Shown here: positions 42,148 to 53,590 of the stretch, one piece after another | Layout: each line of letters opens with the position of its first letter | Numbering within the stretch: position 1 is the stretch's first letter | From: a virus | Direction: 5' to 3' (one strand) | IMG/VR virus record: IMGVR_UViG_3300045256_000135 | Span: 1 to 64,000 of that record | DNA: 64,000 nucleotides | Position numbers and translations under genes: made by a program | The notes under the pieces: generated by a model | Told to the model about the DNA's origin: nothing | What the model saw: the letters and a program-made list of their open reading frames with translations, nothing else | The model's database searches: none

Positions 42148-42668
42148 TTGACGAAGCGACATTAGCAGAGGTTTCTCCAGGGGTTCGGCAGCTCGTTAAG
42201 TTGCTGAACGAACTTGACTTCGAAACCACTGACAGTGGAGATGGCTCGAACTACCTCGAGGGGATGGAAGGCGCTCTTCCTGAACCAAACGTAGCGATGG
42301 TTGTCAAACCAGAGCAGCTGATCTCTGAATCCGAGAGGCTAAAAGAGGTCCTTGAACGCCGAGGGGTTCGGTTTGGCTTCGGAGACGATGATCTCCCAGT
42401 GATCTCTGCTTCGTACAACCCCGTTGATAAGACTTGCGTTATTCTGCTGCTCGGAGTAAATGACAAGTCTCTTCAGCAACTGTCATGATCCGCATCGACG
42501 ATCGCACGCGTTATCAAGTGATCGTCGTAAATCAGACAGTGCACATTGTTGTTGAGGAGCATCTGCAACTCAAGCGTTTAGAGGGGTGGTTTGCATCTGA
42601 CGAGAAGGGCTTGTGCATGTCTAAGAAGCAAGCTCGAGAATTGTTAGCCGAACTTGTGGAGAAACTCG

Positions 42669-42974
42669 ATGCGGATGATGCTGATTAGTTTGGTTGTTGT
42701 CACTCTGGCTTGTGGAGCTTCGCCTCCAGCGCCCCAGGACCCATCACGGAAACCACAAGATCAGTGGCCCGATGAGTCCGGTGGGGTGATGGATTCTTGT
42801 GCTAGAGCTTGCCGGGTTTTGTGGCAGTACAACTGCCCTGAAGCCTTGCCTCCCCGCTCTGCTAAGAATTGCACAGAACTTTGTCGAAGCAGACCTCAAC
42901 TTTTCATGGCGGATTGTGTAGCTGAGGTAACTACCAAAGCTGAGCTTTCTGAATGTGCAGTTCGATGCCAGTGA
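42669..42974 (+). CDS. Cys-rich lipoprotein
   Basis: Signal MRMMLISLVVVTLAC-G; CxxxC repeats. Confidence 0.7.
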   Translation: MRMMLISLVVVTLACGASPPAPQDPSRKPQDQWPDESGGVMDSCARACRVLWQYNCPEALPPRSAKNCTELCRSRPQLFMADCVAEVTTKAELSECAVRCQ

Positions 42975-43246
42975 TGTGGTATTCACGTCTGCTTGGAGTT
43001 GGCGTTGTTGCCAGTTGGAAAAATCGACGAGTGATCATCTGCACTGACACTCACGTAATCGATTTGTCTCCGTGGACAGTGCAGATCTTCACACCCGAAT
43101 GCGGCTCGGAAGATACACACTAAGCAAAGCGTCGACCCCAAACCTCCTGAGATTCGCTAGGTGGTTAGGGTTGGATCTACGCAAAGTCAACACACGAATG
43201 AAGTTAATCGATAAGGTAGTTCGACATCTAGATTCACTAGACCTCC

Positions 43247-44056
43247 ATGAACATCGTCGCTAACGAACACGTCATGAACCCCTACGACAGCATGCTGTTC
43301 AACATTCCGTTTCCCCAGAACCCTATCACTGGGACAGAGTTTGCTAAGCAAATCTGGGATGTGAACGGGCAATTTCGCGAGGATCGGATCTGCCAGGCAC
43401 TACTTGACGGACATGTTCCAGCATGGCTCAGAACACCTGTAGAGCTGGATTTGAACGAGCATGTGCAGATTCTGGTGCTTCCAGATGTGCTGTGTATTGG
43501 TACGTCGGACGACTATCTCTACATTCCCGCTTGGCCAGCAACGTACCAGAAGGTAGCTAACGCTTGGAATGCCTGTCTGATCACTCAGAAACTTTCTGAC
43601 CTGATCTGGTCCAAGGCTACGCATCTAGCTCCAAACCCGCTCCCACCTTCGGTGAGAATGTCATCAACTGAATACTACGTGATGCATAGTCGTGTTCAGC
43701 AGAAGCAGTATGGTGACGTGTCAGGCATTGGAAAGGGTGATTTCGTTGCAGGTCACAAGAAAGATGTAGTGGTGACTCCGTCATTGCTAACGCACCCAAA
43801 GAACGTTGCAATCTATGGCTGGCACCAAAGCAATGGCATCCCAATTCAGGGTGGCTCCAAGCACGTGGTTCAGGTGGACGCACACAGCAACACGTATGTC
43901 GACTATAGTCATGGTTGCAGACTGCTATGCAATACTGTATACATCGACAATGAGCCAATTGATATAAGTCAGGTATACCAACGGCAAGACCTTCATTCGC
44001 TCTTTGCCTCAGAGCCATTCACCCCCGATAAGGTTTGGTGGCGGTATCCACTGTGA
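43247..44056 (+). CDS. uncharacterised putative enzyme
   Basis: AGHKKDVV..VAIYGWH..PIQ..H..YVDYSHG, recalled as a conserved bacterial hypothetical family. Confidence 0.55.
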   Translation: MNIVANEHVMNPYDSMLFNIPFPQNPITGTEFAKQIWDVNGQFREDRICQALLDGHVPAWLRTPVELDLNEHVQILVLPDVLCIGTSDDYLYIPAWPATYQKVANAWNACLITQKLSDLIWSKATHLAPNPLPPSVRMSSTEYYVMHSRVQQKQYGDVSGIGKGDFVAGHKKDVVVTPSLLTHPKNVAIYGWHQSNGIPIQGGSKHVVQVDAHSNTYVDYSHGCRLLCNTVYIDNEPIDISQVYQRQDLHSLFASEPFTPDKVWWRYPL

Positions 44057-44365
44057 AGAAAGCGTGGCGACAACGAGTGTTTGAGTTGCTGCTGTATCTG
44101 ACAGTGGCATTCGAGCTACTGTGCCTTGTTCGAGAATTCCCACCATGACACATGCTTTCTGCTCCTCACTAACCACCAAGGGTCGAAAGTACCACATTCG
44201 CAAACTAGACTCGGATGGGTATCGCTTTCAGGGTGGGGTAACCACTTCAAGCCTTTGCGGGTTTATACAACCTGGTGACGGCTACGACATCTCTCTGCCA
44301 ATCACATCTGATGAGTTGCTCTGGTGTTGTCCAAAGTGCCGTGATGCCTACAAGGTAAATAGCAA

Positions 44366-45091
44366 ATGATGAAGGACATGCGGTGCAAAATCTGCAACCT
44401 AGAGAAGTGGAACCCCACGCTCTATACACAGGTGCACACTCAACGTGCAAAGGGCTTCTCTATCCAGGTGATCTTCAGCTGGCTGAATACCGAGATTCAG
44501 CACTGGAACGCAGCAAACCCTAAGGATCAGAAGCACGCAATCTCTGACACGAGTATCCAGAACCACTTCGCCAAACACGTCCCAGTGGAGCTTCAGACAG
44601 CTGCTAAGGTTGCTCCTGTTCTTCAGCTAGTTACGAATACTCAATCGCCGAATTCGAACAAGCTTGAGGCACTTGCCTCAGCAGCATCTGTTTTGGACGC
44701 GGACCTGTCAGACTTCCAGAAGTATCATGCATTGGTAGAGACCGTCGAGAAACGCTTTCAAGAGATCAATGAGGGCATTGATACTGCAACCGAAACTGAA
44801 ACCCGGATTGCATTTTTGAATGCGTTCCGCAGTTTGGCTGATCTCCTTGGGAGATTGCGGAAGGACGCAATTCAAGTCAGACAGCAAGACAACTTGCTCA
44901 GTAAAGCGATTGAGTCTGCGATGCTTACGTATTCGCAGACGTCCATTACTGAGATGTTGAAAGCAGTTGACAAGCTTGCTGGTAAAGATCAGGAGCTTGT
45001 AGCAAAGATGAAAGAGGAGATCGCTAGAATTCTCCGCGATAGCGCTAAGGTAACGATTGACGCGATTAAAGAGCAGTTCAAGGTAGCATGA
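44366..45091 (+). CDS. zinc/HTH plus helical protein, possibly small-terminase-like
   Basis: CKIC...SIQNHFAKH followed by a coiled coil. Confidence 0.4.
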   Translation: MMKDMRCKICNLEKWNPTLYTQVHTQRAKGFSIQVIFSWLNTEIQHWNAANPKDQKHAISDTSIQNHFAKHVPVELQTAAKVAPVLQLVTNTQSPNSNKLEALASAASVLDADLSDFQKYHALVETVEKRFQEINEGIDTATETETRIAFLNAFRSLADLLGRLRKDAIQVRQQDNLLSKAIESAMLTYSQTSITEMLKAVDKLAGKDQELVAKMKEEIARILRDSAKVTIDAIKEQFKVA

Positions 45092-45472
45092 TGGAGGCAA
45101 GCTTGGCTCACAAGGTAAAGACGAATCCACTTCCGGTTAATGACACTTGGGAGACTGTCGAGATTCTTCCGACAAACCTCAAGAAGGACACGACTCACGT
45201 CGTTGTTCACATGTTAGAGGACGTGGTGTTTGAGAACGATGGAGCTGATGGTCCACTGCTCCTCGAGAAGAATTTCGCCTATGAGCTGTACGTTGAGACT
45301 TGTGGTGGGACAATGACGCCAAACTTCTACGTCCCAAGTCAGTCAAAACACCCAGCTCGAAAAGGAGTCGAAATCATTGTTCCAACTGGGTCTTTTGTGA
45401 TCATAGCTGAACGTGATCCACGTGAGCACCCACCTGTGATTGAGGACTGGTCCAAGGGATTCAAGCGTTGAT

Positions 45473-45511
45473 CCTTGATTTCTCTGAGTCCATCATTATG
45501 ATCATTGTATG
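45473..45511 (+). promoter_or_regulatory. promoter P5 (leaderless)
   Basis: TTGATT 45475-80, N16, TATGAT 45497-502, CATTGT, ATG 45509. Confidence 0.85.
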
Positions 45512-46211
45512 AAGAAGAAATCTTCCGAAACAATTACGTTCAGTGACTACGGGCGCTCTACTGTCTGGGATCAGTTTTACCAGATGGGATTGCAGGCTGG
45601 TCTTCAGCAGCTGGGGAGCACCGGCAAGCTCGAGGAGGTCGACGAAGGGACTGTCAAGGCAGTTACCAAGTTTGCTTCTCAGTTTGCTTCGGCTGCTTAC
45701 GCAACCCGTAAGAAGTCTCGTGATGAGTACAACAAGTCCAAGGCTGTTGTTGACGAGTTCGGCGAAGATGACGAGGACAGCGAATGATCAAGCACACAAT
45801 CAGTGCTCTGAGCAAACGAAGGGATGAGGTCAAGGCCAAGATTGATCTCCTGCTCGAGCGGTCAGCGAAACTCAATGTACGCGTTGGCTTCGCGCCTCGG
45901 ATCAACGCTGGTAAGACTCACGTTAGTGAGTTGAGAGAAGAGGTTCTGATTCTGCAAAGGCTGACTACTGACACTTTGGTAGCTCTGGCCATTCTCGAGG
46001 AGTTAGAAGAGGAGCTTGCGGGATGAAGCTCACAAAACAAGGTGTCAGAAACCTGGACCATCTCCCGTCGATCTCAAAGGGTGTTCGATTGCCAGAGCCT
46101 CCTGTTCCAGTTGCTTGCAAACACAAAAGTAAGCGTGAGGTTGATTTTTACGGGTTGTGTCTGACAATCTGTAATGATTGTGACAAAACGCTTAGCGAAT
46201 ACTAATAGTTT

Positions 46212-46283
46212 TCTGGTGTAGCTCAGTGGAAGAGCAATCGGCTGTTAACCGATCGGTCGTAGGTTCGACCCCTACCACCAGAG
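46212..46283 (+). tRNA. tRNA-Asn (GUU)
   Basis: Acceptor TCTGGTG/CACCAGA; ATCGG-CT GTT AA-CCGAT; GGTTCGACCC. Confidence 0.95.
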
Positions 46284-46288
46284 CAAAT

Positions 46289-46362
<74 letters not shown>

Positions 46363-46751
46363 CGGAGGACTTTATGGACGAAACTCTTCGTAAACCTTAC
46401 GACCAGCGTCTGTCGTACATTGCTGGTCTGAAAGATGGATGGTTCAAAGAAGGGGAGGGTCGTGCACCTTCTCTGGCAGCCATTGCGTATGCTCGAGCGC
46501 TGCTTGATCGGCTCAACCTGAACACCAATTTCGGTGTTTACCCCATGGGCGATGGTGGTATCCAGTTCGAATTACACTCAACCAAGTGTGTGATCTCACT
46601 TGAGATCCCCTACTCCGCAGATTCCGAGCACGCTCAGATCAATGTGGCTATGTCATCCGCTGATGTTGATGTCGAAGTCAGAGTCAAGGTACAGGCTATT
46701 GATCGGGTGGCGAAGTGGTGGGAGCGCTTGTCGATTGTCCAGGAGTAAGTA

Positions 46752-47264
46752 ATGAAATCGGTCTACGTTGCAGCTCGGTCGAAAGAGTTGGTTCGTGCTA
46801 AGGAAGTGATGCGTGGTCTCGAAAAGATCGGGTTTAGCATCACGTTTGACTGGACAGAAGAGATTCTGAAAAACCGTGCAAAATACGGGAAGTTCGAAAC
46901 TACTCCCGAGCGCGTGCACAGGGCAAACGCTAGACAAGATGTGTTAGGTGTGCTCAGGGCGTCAACTCTCGTGCTACTTCTTCCGCAGACGCCTGAGAAT
47001 CTACCGGTCTATGAGACGACCCCAGGTAGTTGGGTGGAGCTTGGAGTCAAGATCGGGCAGATGTACGAAGCTCGACCGTTTGGTGGTAGCAATTTCCGTG
47101 AACAATCTCTTCGCTGGTCAGATGTAAAGAGCCTGAGTCCGTATCAGATTCTGATCAGTGGACCTGACCCGAAGTCGATTTTCACATCGTTTTCAACCAA
47201 GAAACGGTTCGCAACAGATGCGGCGCTCATCAAGCACCTTGACAGACTCGAGCGTGGCCAATGA
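46752..47264 (+). CDS. nucleoside 2-deoxyribosyltransferase-like protein
   Basis: SVYVAA..FDWT..DVLGV..GSWVELG. Confidence 0.65.
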   Translation: MKSVYVAARSKELVRAKEVMRGLEKIGFSITFDWTEEILKNRAKYGKFETTPERVHRANARQDVLGVLRASTLVLLLPQTPENLPVYETTPGSWVELGVKIGQMYEARPFGGSNFREQSLRWSDVKSLSPYQILISGPDPKSIFTSFSTKKRFATDAALIKHLDRLERGQ

Positions 47265-47662
47265 AGGTTGTGGTCGGCGGAGGTCGAACCTTTGGTGACG
47301 AACGGAACCCGTCCGGTGGTCTGACTGACAAGGCTATCAATGAACGAGCTTTGCTGAAGCAGACGCTGGATCAGATTCATCGAGAGACACCAATCACATT
47401 GCTGATCCACGGTGGAGCTATGGGTGCTGATCACCACGCAGTACAGTGGGCGATGGAACGAAACGTACCACGCAAAGAGTTCCCTGCTAATTGGTTGATT
47501 GGACGTCAAGCTGGCCCAATCCGCAACCGCAGGATGATTCGCGAAGGCCAACCTGATTTGGTAGTGGTGTTCCCAGGTGGTACGGGAACTGCTCATCTGA
47601 CGAATGAGGCAAAACTAGCATCGGTTCCCGTTCAAACTGTACTAAGCACCGGAGAAGGCTGA
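47261..47662 (+). CDS. SLOG/YspA-like (DUF2493) protein
   Basis: VVVGGGR..IHGGAMGAD..AGPIRNRRM..FPGGTGT. Confidence 0.85.
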   Translation: MKVVVGGGRTFGDERNPSGGLTDKAINERALLKQTLDQIHRETPITLLIHGGAMGADHHAVQWAMERNVPRKEFPANWLIGRQAGPIRNRRMIREGQPDLVVVFPGGTGTAHLTNEAKLASVPVQTVLSTGEG

Positions 47663-48388
47663 TGGTGACAAAGAGGGTGCTTGACGACTTGAAGCTCATT
47701 CGTGAGCAAGCCCATGGTGGTGTTGCAAGGTGGGCTGATTATACGTCTTTGTCGGATGCGCTGTTACCTCAGTTGATACAAGCAGCGCAAGAGTTGCTTG
47801 ATCTTAAAGCCGCTACGCAACTCTGTCCCCAACACAAACCTTCCGGCGGCTACATTGCGCGATGCCTGGTTTGCACGGTAACAGAACAACATCGGGCGCT
47901 ATCAGCAATTGGATGCATCCTCGAGAAGACTGAGGTGTGTCTGTACGATTTGAGCGGAGATGTGAACGACGTAGTGAAACTGGCATCCGAGAAAGTGAGC
48001 GCACCATGACTGACGCTGAACGAGAAGCAGAGACTAAGCGGATTGCCCTAGGCCTTCGAGCTAAGGATCCGAAGCTGGCTGAGATCTGGTTTTGGTCTTT
48101 CACACCTTTGCCAATTGGCTTGCCAAGCGACGAACAGCTGGAAGAGGGTAGGCAGCTGCTCAGTGGCGAACTGACTCTTGCCCAACTTTCCGAGAAGCAT
48201 CCGGGGGTTTAACGTGGCAGTTGCATGCGAAATCTGCAAAGCTGGGTTGGACATTCACGAAGATGCTGGCTATGGTTATGCAAGTGCTCAGGAACTTCCA
48301 ACGCATCTCTGCGATAGATGCAGAAAGAATGTATCCTCGGGCATTCGAAAGATTGTGGAATGCTTGAAGCGTTCCAACGAAGTTGTTC

Positions 48389-48462
48389 GCGCCGATAGCT
48401 CCAACGGTTAGAGCAAAGGCCTTATAAGCCTGAGGTTGCTGGTTCAAGTCCAGCTCGGCGTA
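48389..48462 (+). tRNA. tRNA-Ile (UAU)
   Basis: GCGCCGA/TCGGCGT-A; AGGC-CT TAT AA-GCCT; GCTGG TTCAAGT CCAGC. Confidence 0.9.
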
Positions 48463-48501
48463 CTATGGTGTTGACAGTAGTTCCACGATCTTTGCTCAGA
48501 T

Positions 48502-48540
48502 CCTTGATTTTTGGATGGTCATTATTATGATCATTGTATG
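48502..48540 (+). promoter_or_regulatory. promoter P6 (leaderless; real ORF likely 48538-48723)
   Basis: TTGATT 48504-09, N16, TATGAT 48526-31, CATTGT, ATG 48538. Confidence 0.85.
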
Positions 48541-49591
48541 GAAGCCAAAGTAGCAAAGATCATTTCGGAGTTGGAGAGCAACGCTGATAGCAAGCTCCGA
48601 GATGTTGGAGCAAAGCTTCGAGAGCTCTACGCAATGGCTCCGTTCACTGCTTACGAACTCCGAGATATCGCGAAGCAGATGCTGATCGAGGCACGGGCCA
48701 AAGAGGCGAAAACTACGACCTAGCGAAGGGGGCGAGAGATGACAATGGATGAATCGATTCGAGCTGTTGCTGAGGCGTTTCCTGGAGCAGAGATCCACCT
48801 CTGCTATAGCGGAAAGCAGTTTCAGGTATCTATCATTGTCGGACCGTTTCTAGTGCTTGGTTCGGGTGCAAGTCTAGCGGATGCTATGAACTGCGCTCTC
48901 GACGACGCTCGTCGGACTAAGTGGTGGACTGGTACACCGGCGGTTTTGAGGTTGCGGAAAGCGAAGGTAGCATGAAGAAGCCACCGAGCAAGGTGTATGT
49001 GGACGTCGCCAATCCCGAGAATCCAGGGTTTGCTTACACAGAGGAGGAGCACTCCCATCCTGCCAACGCCGAACGGCGAGCGTTCCGCGTGCTTTACGTC
49101 CTCGCACCCCGCCCAAAGCGAAAGGTACTTTGTTGGGTGTTGAGGGATAACGATGATGATGAATTCGTCTGCCCTAAGACGGTCTCTGATCGTGGAACCC
49201 ATCCCAACAGAACGTTTGCTTTGCGTTTCCCCACTAAGCACCACGCACGAGAGTATCGTGAAAGTGAAGGCTTCCTCGAAAACATCTGCCCCGAACCCAT
49301 CTATCGTAAGGAGAGTAAGTGATGACTCAGAAAATGACTCGAGCTCAGTGGCTAGAAGGGATGAAGTTGGCTAAGACTGCAGTTGCCGAGTGCAGTAAAG
49401 TGATCGAGCAACATCGTCAAAGCAAAGCAATGCTGGAAAACCAGATTTACACTACGGAACAAGCTTTGGCCAAGGCTAAAGAACGCATCGTAGCTCTGGT
49501 GATGTCGGAACCAGCCGAAGACGACGAAGACGACTTGGACAAAGAGCCGGGTCCTCCTGCGGATGACTCGTTCGGGTTTCGTTGATACAAT

Positions 49592-49677
49592 GGCCCCTTG
49601 GCGGAACAGGCAGACGCAAGGGACTTAAAATCTCTAGTCGAAATGACGTGAGGGTTCAAATCCCTCAGGGGCTACCA
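49592..49677 (+). tRNA. tRNA-Leu (UAA), CCA encoded
   Basis: GGCCCCT/AGGGGCT-A-CCA; AGGGA-CT TAA AA-TCTCT; long variable arm. Confidence 0.95.
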
Positions 49678-50057
49678 TGGAAAAGCAGGTTGATAAACGC
49701 GAGTTTTGGTGGGTTTGGGAGTGGGACCACCAATCGGTAAAGGACTGCCGACTCGATTTCACTTCAGTGTCTAGATGGAGACGAGGGTGGGTGACGCTGT
49801 ACAAGCTCACCACCGAAGGGGACTCACAATGGTGGGTTTACCTCCCGTTTAACATCGGTTTCGGATTTTCTTTCCCAAAGGGCAAATGAAGCTTCACATC
49901 ACGTTTTCGATCGAAGTTCCAGATGGCACACGAGTCAGTGACTTTCATCAGATTGTGCAAGAAGCTAAGCAGCTTCTACTTAGAGGGTCGTGGCCACACG
50001 TCGGAGTTGTTCAGGTAAGTAGGGAGCCTCGAGAGTCTGGGGCTAGGGCGATTCAAG

Positions 50058-50396
50058 ATGCATCCTCTCCGCGCATTCAAACTGGCTGATGAGCACGTTG
50101 GTAGCCCTGATCAGAGGAACTACCGACTAGCAGCAATTGCCATACGCAAGGACGGGTGCTTAGTAACCGCTCGGAATATCTCGAATTCGAGTCCGACGAT
50201 TGCTTGCCATGCTGAGGGGCGCCTTATGCGTAAGGCTGGAGCAGGCGCTACGGTATTTGTTCTTAGACGCAATCAAAAAGGCTGGGCAAATGCTAGACCT
50301 TGTCCGCGTTGTGAAGCTCTGATGCGGGCTCGAAAGGTTCTTCGGTGCTTCTATACGGTTGGCCCCAACGAATGGGGTTGCATCGAAATGAGGTGA
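50058..50396 (+). CDS. cytidine/dCMP-deaminase-like zinc deaminase
   Basis: HAE...ARPCPRC. Confidence 0.8.
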   Translation: MHPLRAFKLADEHVGSPDQRNYRLAAIAIRKDGCLVTARNISNSSPTIACHAEGRLMRKAGAGATVFVLRRNQKGWANARPCPRCEALMRARKVLRCFYTVGPNEWGCIEMR

Positions 50397-50399
50397 ACA

Positions 50400-51061
50400 G
50401 TGTTTAAGCTGACTACGTCCAAGGCTGAGATTACGCAAGACCAACTGCTTGAAACCGCTAGGTTTGCACTGCCAAAGTGGCCAGCTCTTGTGGTTGGCGG
50501 AGAGCGTGTTTCTCGAGAACAGGCACAAGAGATCCTCATTCGAACTGACGACTGGGACCACTTTACAAACGATCACGAATTCCGGTCGCAGATCTTGACG
50601 ACAGTGGGGATTCCGTTTAAGGTTGAGCATGGCCACGTCCAGCCAGATTGGGAGCACATGTTTCGAGCTGGGTTGGTGGTCCAAAAGGGTGGTGCGATTG
50701 GGATGGAAACATTGGTTGCAACACTTACAACATCGGCAAGTACCCTTCAGCAGCTGACGTGCTAGAAGATTGGCTAACTATTGCTGCAGAGTTCCCGTTC
50801 TTGAACCTGTTTGCTCAGCTGTATTCTGGCGAAAGCGGCGAAGACAACATCGAACCAGTGGTGGAATACCTAGTGTCGGAGGGTAGGGTTACGATACAGA
50901 CGCCAGATAAGTCGATCAGTATCAGACACCTCCGCCCTACCTCAACACTCACAGCTGACCTTATGCAAATCTTCGGCAACCCACACCGTGAGCGAGGTGT
51001 TGCTCTCCCAATGCTCAAAGAAGCTGTAGACCTGGTTCGACGTAAGAGAGCAGCTGCATGA
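50400..51061 (+). CDS. conserved phage protein split by a frameshift near 50650
   Basis: LPKWP..EILIRTD and SSWVGGPKGWCDWDG..NIGKYP read as two halves of one protein. Confidence 0.55.
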
Positions 51062-51674
51062 GCCCTTTGGAGCAAGCAGCTGGTACACTTGGAGCTCTTG
51101 GTGTCACCATGTACTACAAAGCGCTTTCGACGTCAGGTACTGCAACTATACCGAGTACTTGGCATTCAGCAGATTGGCATTCAGCAACTTGGGACATCGA
51201 TCCTCCGACTGGGGAATCAGTTTCAATGTCAGTGCAGCTGGTTGATGACACAGATGGCAACGTGCACGAAGTGTCACCAGTATTTCCAACTGAGATGGAA
51301 AAGGTCACACCAGACTTGATGGTGGTGAACGGTGAGTGGACTCAGCTAGTTGAGTCACTGATAAAGTGGATTTCGTACAACACACCAAAGTTCTCTGGTA
51401 TGGTAACGGCTCGTCTCAAAGCTGACGAGAGGTGGTTTAGTTTCTCTATCGAGCCACCGTATCACGGAGCAACTTTGATCCGGTTCAGGTGGATTGAGGA
51501 GGATGGTGGAGGGTCTCTGCGGGAGCTTCGCGAACTCCCACCTGAAGCTCGATCAGCTTTTGTGGAGTCCATCGACGACTTGATCGAGACTCTGGTCCAA
51601 ACCCACCACGAGCAGGTACAGTCGGGGTTGCTCGCAAACAGTCTGTTGAAGGACAAGATTCAGCAACTAACCAT

Positions 51675-51739
51675 TGGTAAACCTGTCTCCAAATGAGTTC
51701 TAGGTGTACGTAGCTATATAGTTAGCTGTGAGAAATCGA
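51675..51739 (-). repeat. dispersed element E3 (inverted)
   Basis: Reverse complement TCGATTTCTCACAGCTAACTATATAGCTACGTACACCTAGAAC...GAGACAGGTTTACCA; near-identical to E1 over about 35 nt. Confidence 0.85.
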
Positions 51740-51762
51740 CATCTGATAGCATTGATCCGACT

Positions 51763-51801
51763 CCTTGATTTCTGATCGATCATCATTATGATCATTGTAT
51801 G
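51763..51801 (+). promoter_or_regulatory. promoter P7 (leaderless)
   Basis: TTGATT 51765-70, N16, TATGAT 51787-92, CATTGT, ATG 51799. Confidence 0.85.
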
Positions 51802-51978
51802 AGCGATCCAAAAGTGAAGTGCCGGATCTGCAAAAACGAAACCCCGTGGTCTCAGTGGTTGTACGTTGGCGAGCAACCATCTGCGGATGACGGATTCAAA
51901 CTCGTTCTGAAGAACTGTCCGAAATGTCCAGACGGGCGCTCCAACACTCAGTCTATGACGGTGGTTGATGAGAACTAA
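51799..51978 (+). CDS. 59-aa zinc-finger protein (absent from the ORF track)
   Basis: MSDPKVKCRIC...CPKC...EN*; starts at the P7 ATG. Confidence 0.7.
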   Translation: MSDPKVKCRICKNETPWSQWLYVGEQPSADDGFKLVLKNCPKCPDGRSNTQSMTVVDEN

Positions 51979-53590
51979 GACCAGCTCGTTGCTCGAGAAG
52001 TATCTTCCGTCGTCCTCGCCCTTTTCGACTTCGTCAGTTCTGAACCCAACCCCAGGTGCAGCAGCAGTATACGCACCGGCATCAGAACGCGAATCCGAAT
52101 TGTCGCTCAAAGATCGCATGCTTCAAGTCATGCGAGTTCGACACCCAATGGGCATCTCGATCAAGATCAAAGGAAGCGCGGAAGAAAGTCAAGAAACGTT
52201 TGAAGGGTATTTCCCACCACCCACTTGGGAGCTGAAAGAGACTCCGATGCAGGTGGTGATGTCGACGATCAATTCAGTCATTGAGCGTCACCCTGTACCG
52301 AAACAGAAAACTCATGCACCAATTGCTGAAGAGATGCAGCTGGTACGTGAGATCTTAGACTGGATGGATGCAACCAACGCTAAGATCAATGTTCATCAGC
52401 TGCATTCGTTCACACTCTTCAAGGACATGTTCATTGAAGCAATCGCGAAGCGATCGAAGGAACCAAACACGGATCTTGATCGTGCTCTTCGTTTTTGCTC
52501 AGACGAAGTTTGGCAGGTAGTTCAGGATGCTGAGTGGCAGTCTGACATCACGCCGTTGGTCATTCGTCAGAATCCAGAGACCACTCTGTTTAGCCGAACG
52601 GTTCTGACAGGGTACTTGCATCAACGCATCTGTCTGGACGTTATGTCCAAGGCTGCTCATGACGCTAAGGAAAACAGATCAGCCAAGCCTCAAGTAACAC
52701 AGCCTGAATTGCCTGAAGACAAGTGGTTGATGCAGTATGGTTCAAGGCTCTGGTCTCGAGTTCACCGTGATCAAATGCGACTGATCGATGCTGTCCATCA
52801 GGAGAGTCATACGTCACCAGACGACCCACAGTTCAGGTTCGTTAAGCTTGTTTCGGGTTTCGCGTATCAGTGGGCTGACTCAGCCTTCCAGAAGCTGGTT
52901 ACAAGCCACACTTTCGCCGCAGCGCTGATGTCAACTAAGGTTGATGCAGAGTCCATCGAAGATCTGCAGCTACAGTGGAAAGCGTTCATGGTGGTCCTAC
53001 CAGAGAAGTTGGTTGATCACTGGGACCGACTGTACTTCTGGATTACTGGTGACGGCGGACAAGAACCATTCACCTATCACTTACTGGTGAGGGCTCAGAA
53101 CCATGAAGACGGATCGGTGTTAGTTAGCGGAAGCAACGTAGCTGAGTTGTTCAACGAGGCCGAAGAGATCGAACCCGTTGGCGAACTGTCGATCGCTCCT
53201 TATCATCAACGAGTGGTTCTACTTGCTAAGCGATTGATTGTTGGTTTGCTTCTGACCATGCAGAACACCAACAACTTCAAGAACAAAGAGTACGGTGGAC
53301 GAAACGCGGAGAAGGGTGAGCCACGTGGTGAGCCTAACCATCGAGTCTGCATGATCGGTAGGGCGATCAAAGTGGACTGTCGTCCAGCGATTCGGAAGTT
53401 TCTGGTTGGCACTGATCGACGCGGAAAGAGAGAAGTCGCTCCGCCATCAGTGCAGGTTCTGGTCCGTGGACACTACAAACGGCAAGTGCTTGGCGTTGGT
53501 CGGAAGCAGCGCAAAGTGATTTGGATCGAACCGTACTGGCGTGGACCCGAAGACGCTCCAATTCTCACTCGACCGAAGGAGTTTTCCTGA
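51965..53590 (+). CDS. hypothetical phage protein with a C-terminal VRGH..W motif
   Basis: VRGHYKRQ..RKVIWIEPYWRGP. Confidence 0.65.
   Translation: MMRTKTSSLLEKYLPSSSPFSTSSVLNPTPGAAAVYAPASERESELSLKDRMLQVMRVRHPMGISIKIKGSAEESQETFEGYFPPPTWELKETPMQVVMSTINSVIERHPVPKQKTHAPIAEEMQLVREILDWMDATNAKINVHQLHSFTLFKDMFIEAIAKRSKEPNTDLDRALRFCSDEVWQVVQDAEWQSDITPLVIRQNPETTLFSRTVLTGYLHQRICLDVMSKAAHDAKENRSAKPQVTQPELPEDKWLMQYGSRLWSRVHRDQMRLIDAVHQESHTSPDDPQFRFVKLVSGFAYQWADSAFQKLVTSHTFAAALMSTKVDAESIEDLQLQWKAFMVVLPEKLVDHWDRLYFWITGDGGQEPFTYHLLVRAQNHEDGSVLVSGSNVAELFNEAEEIEPVGELSIAPYHQRVVLLAKRLIVGLLLTMQNTNNFKNKEYGGRNAEKGEPRGEPNHRVCMIGRAIKVDCRPAIRKFLVGTDRRGKREVAPPSVQVLVRGHYKRQVLGVGRKQRKVIWIEPYWRGPEDAPILTRPKEFS

Noticed and set aside
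48463-48500. tRNA-associated HDV-like (theta) ribozyme, suggested by TTCCACG
   Set aside because: The required P1, P2 and P3 pairings could not be built
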